Assembly (NCBI RefSeq): GCF_009914755.1
Contig: NC_060948.1
DNA length: 64,000 nt
Reading direction: 5' to 3' (one strand)
DNA from: the human T2T-CHM13v2.0 reference genome, Homo sapiens
The notes under the pieces were generated by a model. That model worked only from the letters and a program-made list of their open reading frames with translations, did not search any database and was not told the origin of the DNA. How positions within the stretch are numbered: the first letter of the stretch is position 1; the number at the start of each line of letters is the position of its first letter. This document shows positions 61,101 through 64,000 of the stretch, piece by piece. Position numbers and translations under genes: made by a program.

Positions 61101-64000
61101 CGAATGGAATGGAATGGAAAGGAATGGAATCGAATGGAAAGGAATCGAATGGAAGGGAATGAAATTGAACCAACAGGAATGGAAGGGAATAGAATAGACC
61201 GTAATGGAATGGACTCGAATAGAATGGACACGAATGCTCAAATTGAATGGACTCGAATGGAATGGAAACGAAAGGAATGTCATCGAATGGAATTGAATCG
61301 ATTGGAATGAAATCGCATAGAATGGAGTGGAATCAAATGGAATTGAATCGAAAGGAAAGGAAGCGAATGGACTGAAATGAAATGGAATGGAATTGAATGG
61401 AAAGTAATGCAATGGAATAGAATGGAACGAAATTTCACGGAATGGAATCAAACTGAATGGAATCAAATCAATGGAATCTAATCAAATGGAATGGAAAGGA
61501 ATTGAATGGAGTAGATTGGATTGGATGGGATTGGAATGAAATGTACTGGAAAGGACTCGAATTTCATGAAACGGAATGGAATGAATTGGAACGGAATGGA
61601 CTCGAATGGAATGGAATGTCATGGAATGGCATCAAATGGAATGGCATCAAATGGAATGGAATCGAATGCAATGGAATGCTATGGAATGGAATGGAATGCA
61701 TTGGAATGGAATGTCCTCTAATGGAATGGATTCGAGTGGAATGGAATCGAATATAATGGAGTCGAATGAAATGGAATTGAAAAGAATGGGATCGAATACA
61801 ATGGAATATACTGGAATGTAATGTAATGAACTCGAATGTAATTGACTGGAATGGAATGTATATGAATGGAATGTAATCGAATGGAAAGTAATCCAATGGA
61901 ATAGAATCTAATGCAATAAAATCGACTCAGATAGAGTAGAATGTAATGGAATGGAGTGCAGTGCAATGGAATGGAATGGAATGGAATGCAATGGAATGGA
62001 ATGGAATGGAATGGAATGGGATGGAATGGTATGGAATGGATAATAATGGACTGGAGTGAAATGGACTGGAAAGGAATGGACTCAAATTGAAAGGGCTCGA
62101 AAGGAATGGAGACAAATGGAATGGTCTGGAATGGAATGAACACGAATGTAATGCAATCCAATAGAATAGAGTCGAATGGCATGGAATATAAAGAAATGGA
62201 ATCGAAGAGAATAGAAACAAATGGAATGGAATTGAATGGAATGGAATTGAATGGAATGGGAACGAATGGAGTGAAATTGTATGCAGTAGAAGAGAATAGA
62301 ATGGAATGCAAGCGAAAGGAAAGGAATGGATTGGAATGGAATGGAATTCATTGGAATGGAAGGGAATGTAGTGTAATGGACAGGCCTGGAATAAAGTGGA
62401 ATGCTACGGTCTCGAGTGGAATAAAAATGTATGGATTGGAATGCAATGAAACGGAATCGAATGTCATAGAATGTAATGGAATGCAAAAAAATGGAATCCG
62501 AAATCATTGACTGGAAAGGCTGGGTGTCGAAAGGAATTGACTCCAATGGAATGGAATCGAATGGAATGGAAGTGAATAGAATCGAACTAAATCGAATGGA
62601 ATGGAATTGATAGGAACGGAATGGAAAGGAATGCAATGATTTGGCACGGAATGGAATCGAATGGCATCGAATGGAATGGAATGGAATGCAGTGGAATGGA
62701 ATGTATTAGAATGTAATGAACTTTAATGGAATGTACTCGAAAGGATTTGACTGGAATGGAATGTTCTGGAAGTGAATGGACTCCAATGGAATGGATTCGA
62801 AAGGAATGGAATCGTACGGAATGGAATCTAATGGAATGGAATTAAATGGAAATGAATCAAATTGAATAGCACGGAATTGAATTGAATGGAATGGAATGCA
62901 ATGGAATCTAATGAAACGGAAAGGAAAGGAATGCAATGGAATGGAATGGGCTGGAATGGAAAGGAATCGAAACGAATGGAATGGAATCGAACTGAAGAGA
63001 CTGGAATGGAATGCACTGGAATGGAAGGGAGTGTAATGGAAGGTTCTCGAAAAAAATGGAATCGAATGGAATGGAATTGAGTGGAACGGAATAGAGTCGA
63101 ATGGAATTGAATGGAATGGAATGGACTAGAGTGAAATGGAATCGAACCACAAGGAATGGACAGGAATAGAATGGTCTCGAATTGAATGGAATCGTATGGA
63201 ATGGCATCAAACGGAATGGAATGGACAGCCACGGAATGGAATGCACTCGAATGCAATGGAGTCGAAACTAATGGACTGGAATAGAATGGACTCGACTGGT
63301 ACGGACTCCAATGGAATGGAATCGAATGGAAGGGAATCGAACGGAATGGACTCGAAGGGAAAAGACTGCAATGGAAAGGTCTCGAATGGAATGGAAATTA
63401 ATGGAATGGAATGGAATCGAATGAAATGGAGTCAAAAGGAATGGAATCGAATGGCAAGAAATCGAATGTAATGGAATCGCAAGGAATTGATATGGACGGA
63501 ACGGAATGGAATGGAATCCAAAGGAATGGAATAGAATGGAATGGAATCGAATGGAAAGGACTCGAATGGAAATCACTCGAATAGAATGCAATTTAATAAA
63601 ATAGGATCAAATGTAATGGAATGGAATGGAAAGGAATCGAAACGAAAGGAATGGAGACAGATGGAATGGAATGGAACAGATAGCAATGGTATACAATGGA
63701 ATGGAATCATCTGGAATGGAATTGAATGGAATGGAATAATATGAAATGGAATGGAATGGAATGGAATGGAATGCCCTTGAATTAAATGGACTGGACTCGA
63801 ACAGAGTGGAATGGAAAGTGTTGAGATAGAATGGAATGGACTCCTTTGGAATGGTCTAGTATGCAATGCAATCGACTGGCAGGGAATCAAAAGGAATGTA
63901 ATGGAATGGATTGGACTGGAATGCAATGGACTCGAATAGATTGCAAACGGAATGCAAAGGAATGGAATGGAATAGTATGGAATGGAATGGAAAGGAATGG
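52150..64000 (+). repeat. ~7.09 kb two-unit DYZ1 super-repeat (A-B-A-B; second copy runs off the window)
   Basis: Private variants recur at an offset of 7088-7098 bp but not at 3.55 kb. The left boundary is approximate. Confidence 0.85.

Larger units (their letters stand above)
7941..64000 (+). repeat. DYZ1: DYZ1 / HSat3 (GGAAT)n satellite array with ~3.55 kb higher-order unit, about 16 copies, GGAAT on the + strand throughout; open at the right edge
   Basis: Diverged GGAAT pentamers. The landmark GACAGGCCTGG (HaeIII GGCC) is at 12804, 16352, 19891, 23405, 26933, 30487, 34001, 37535, 41084, 44638, 48177, 51746, 55285, 58834 and 62383, giving periods of 3514-3569 bp. This matches the classical ~3.56 kb HaeIII Y repeat. 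Confidence 0.95.

Noticed and set aside
7991-63926. Hundreds of ORFs of MEWNG/IPFHS type, up to 313 aa
   Set aside because: Pure (GGAAT)n has no stop codon in any frame, so open frames are expected. They recur at the satellite period, are broken at random between copies and resemble no protein family.
7941-64000. CRISPR-like or other prokaryotic repeat-spacer system
   Set aside because: There are no unique spacers, no conserved 25-45 bp direct repeat and no cas or other genes. The Alu elements show the sequence is primate.
7941-64000. HSat2 or telomeric repeat assignment
   Set aside because: The dominant motif is GGAATGGAAT without the HSat2 GAATCATC periodicity, and there is no TTAGGG array.
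7941-64000. Inversion or embedded transposon within DYZ1
   Set aside because: On reading, the GGAAT strand stays on + throughout and no non-satellite insert was seen.

Overview
This window is eukaryotic satellite DNA and contains no supportable genes. It is best interpreted as human Yq12 heterochromatin spanning a DYZ2-to-DYZ1 block boundary; the assignment comes from repeat architecture, not from an alignment. Bases 1-7940 are a DYZ2 (HSat1B) array of composite units, each an antisense diverged Alu, an HSATI-like segment and an extremely AT-rich tract. One unit is enlarged by a ~1.29 kb internal tandem duplication and the last unit is truncated at an abrupt junction. Bases 7941-64000 are a single-orientation (GGAAT)n HSat3 array of ~3.55 kb DYZ1 units (about 16 copies). 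All ORFs in the track are translation artefacts of these repeats. The structure worth a second look is: a deletion-rich unit next to the junction, strict pentamer register with four fixed phase shifts per unit, three canonical in-register heat-shock elements per unit, a central variant-defined sub-block, a recent ~7.1 kb dimer duplication, and mosaic variant sharing at 1-4 unit offsets. I found no evidence of a new protein-coding system.
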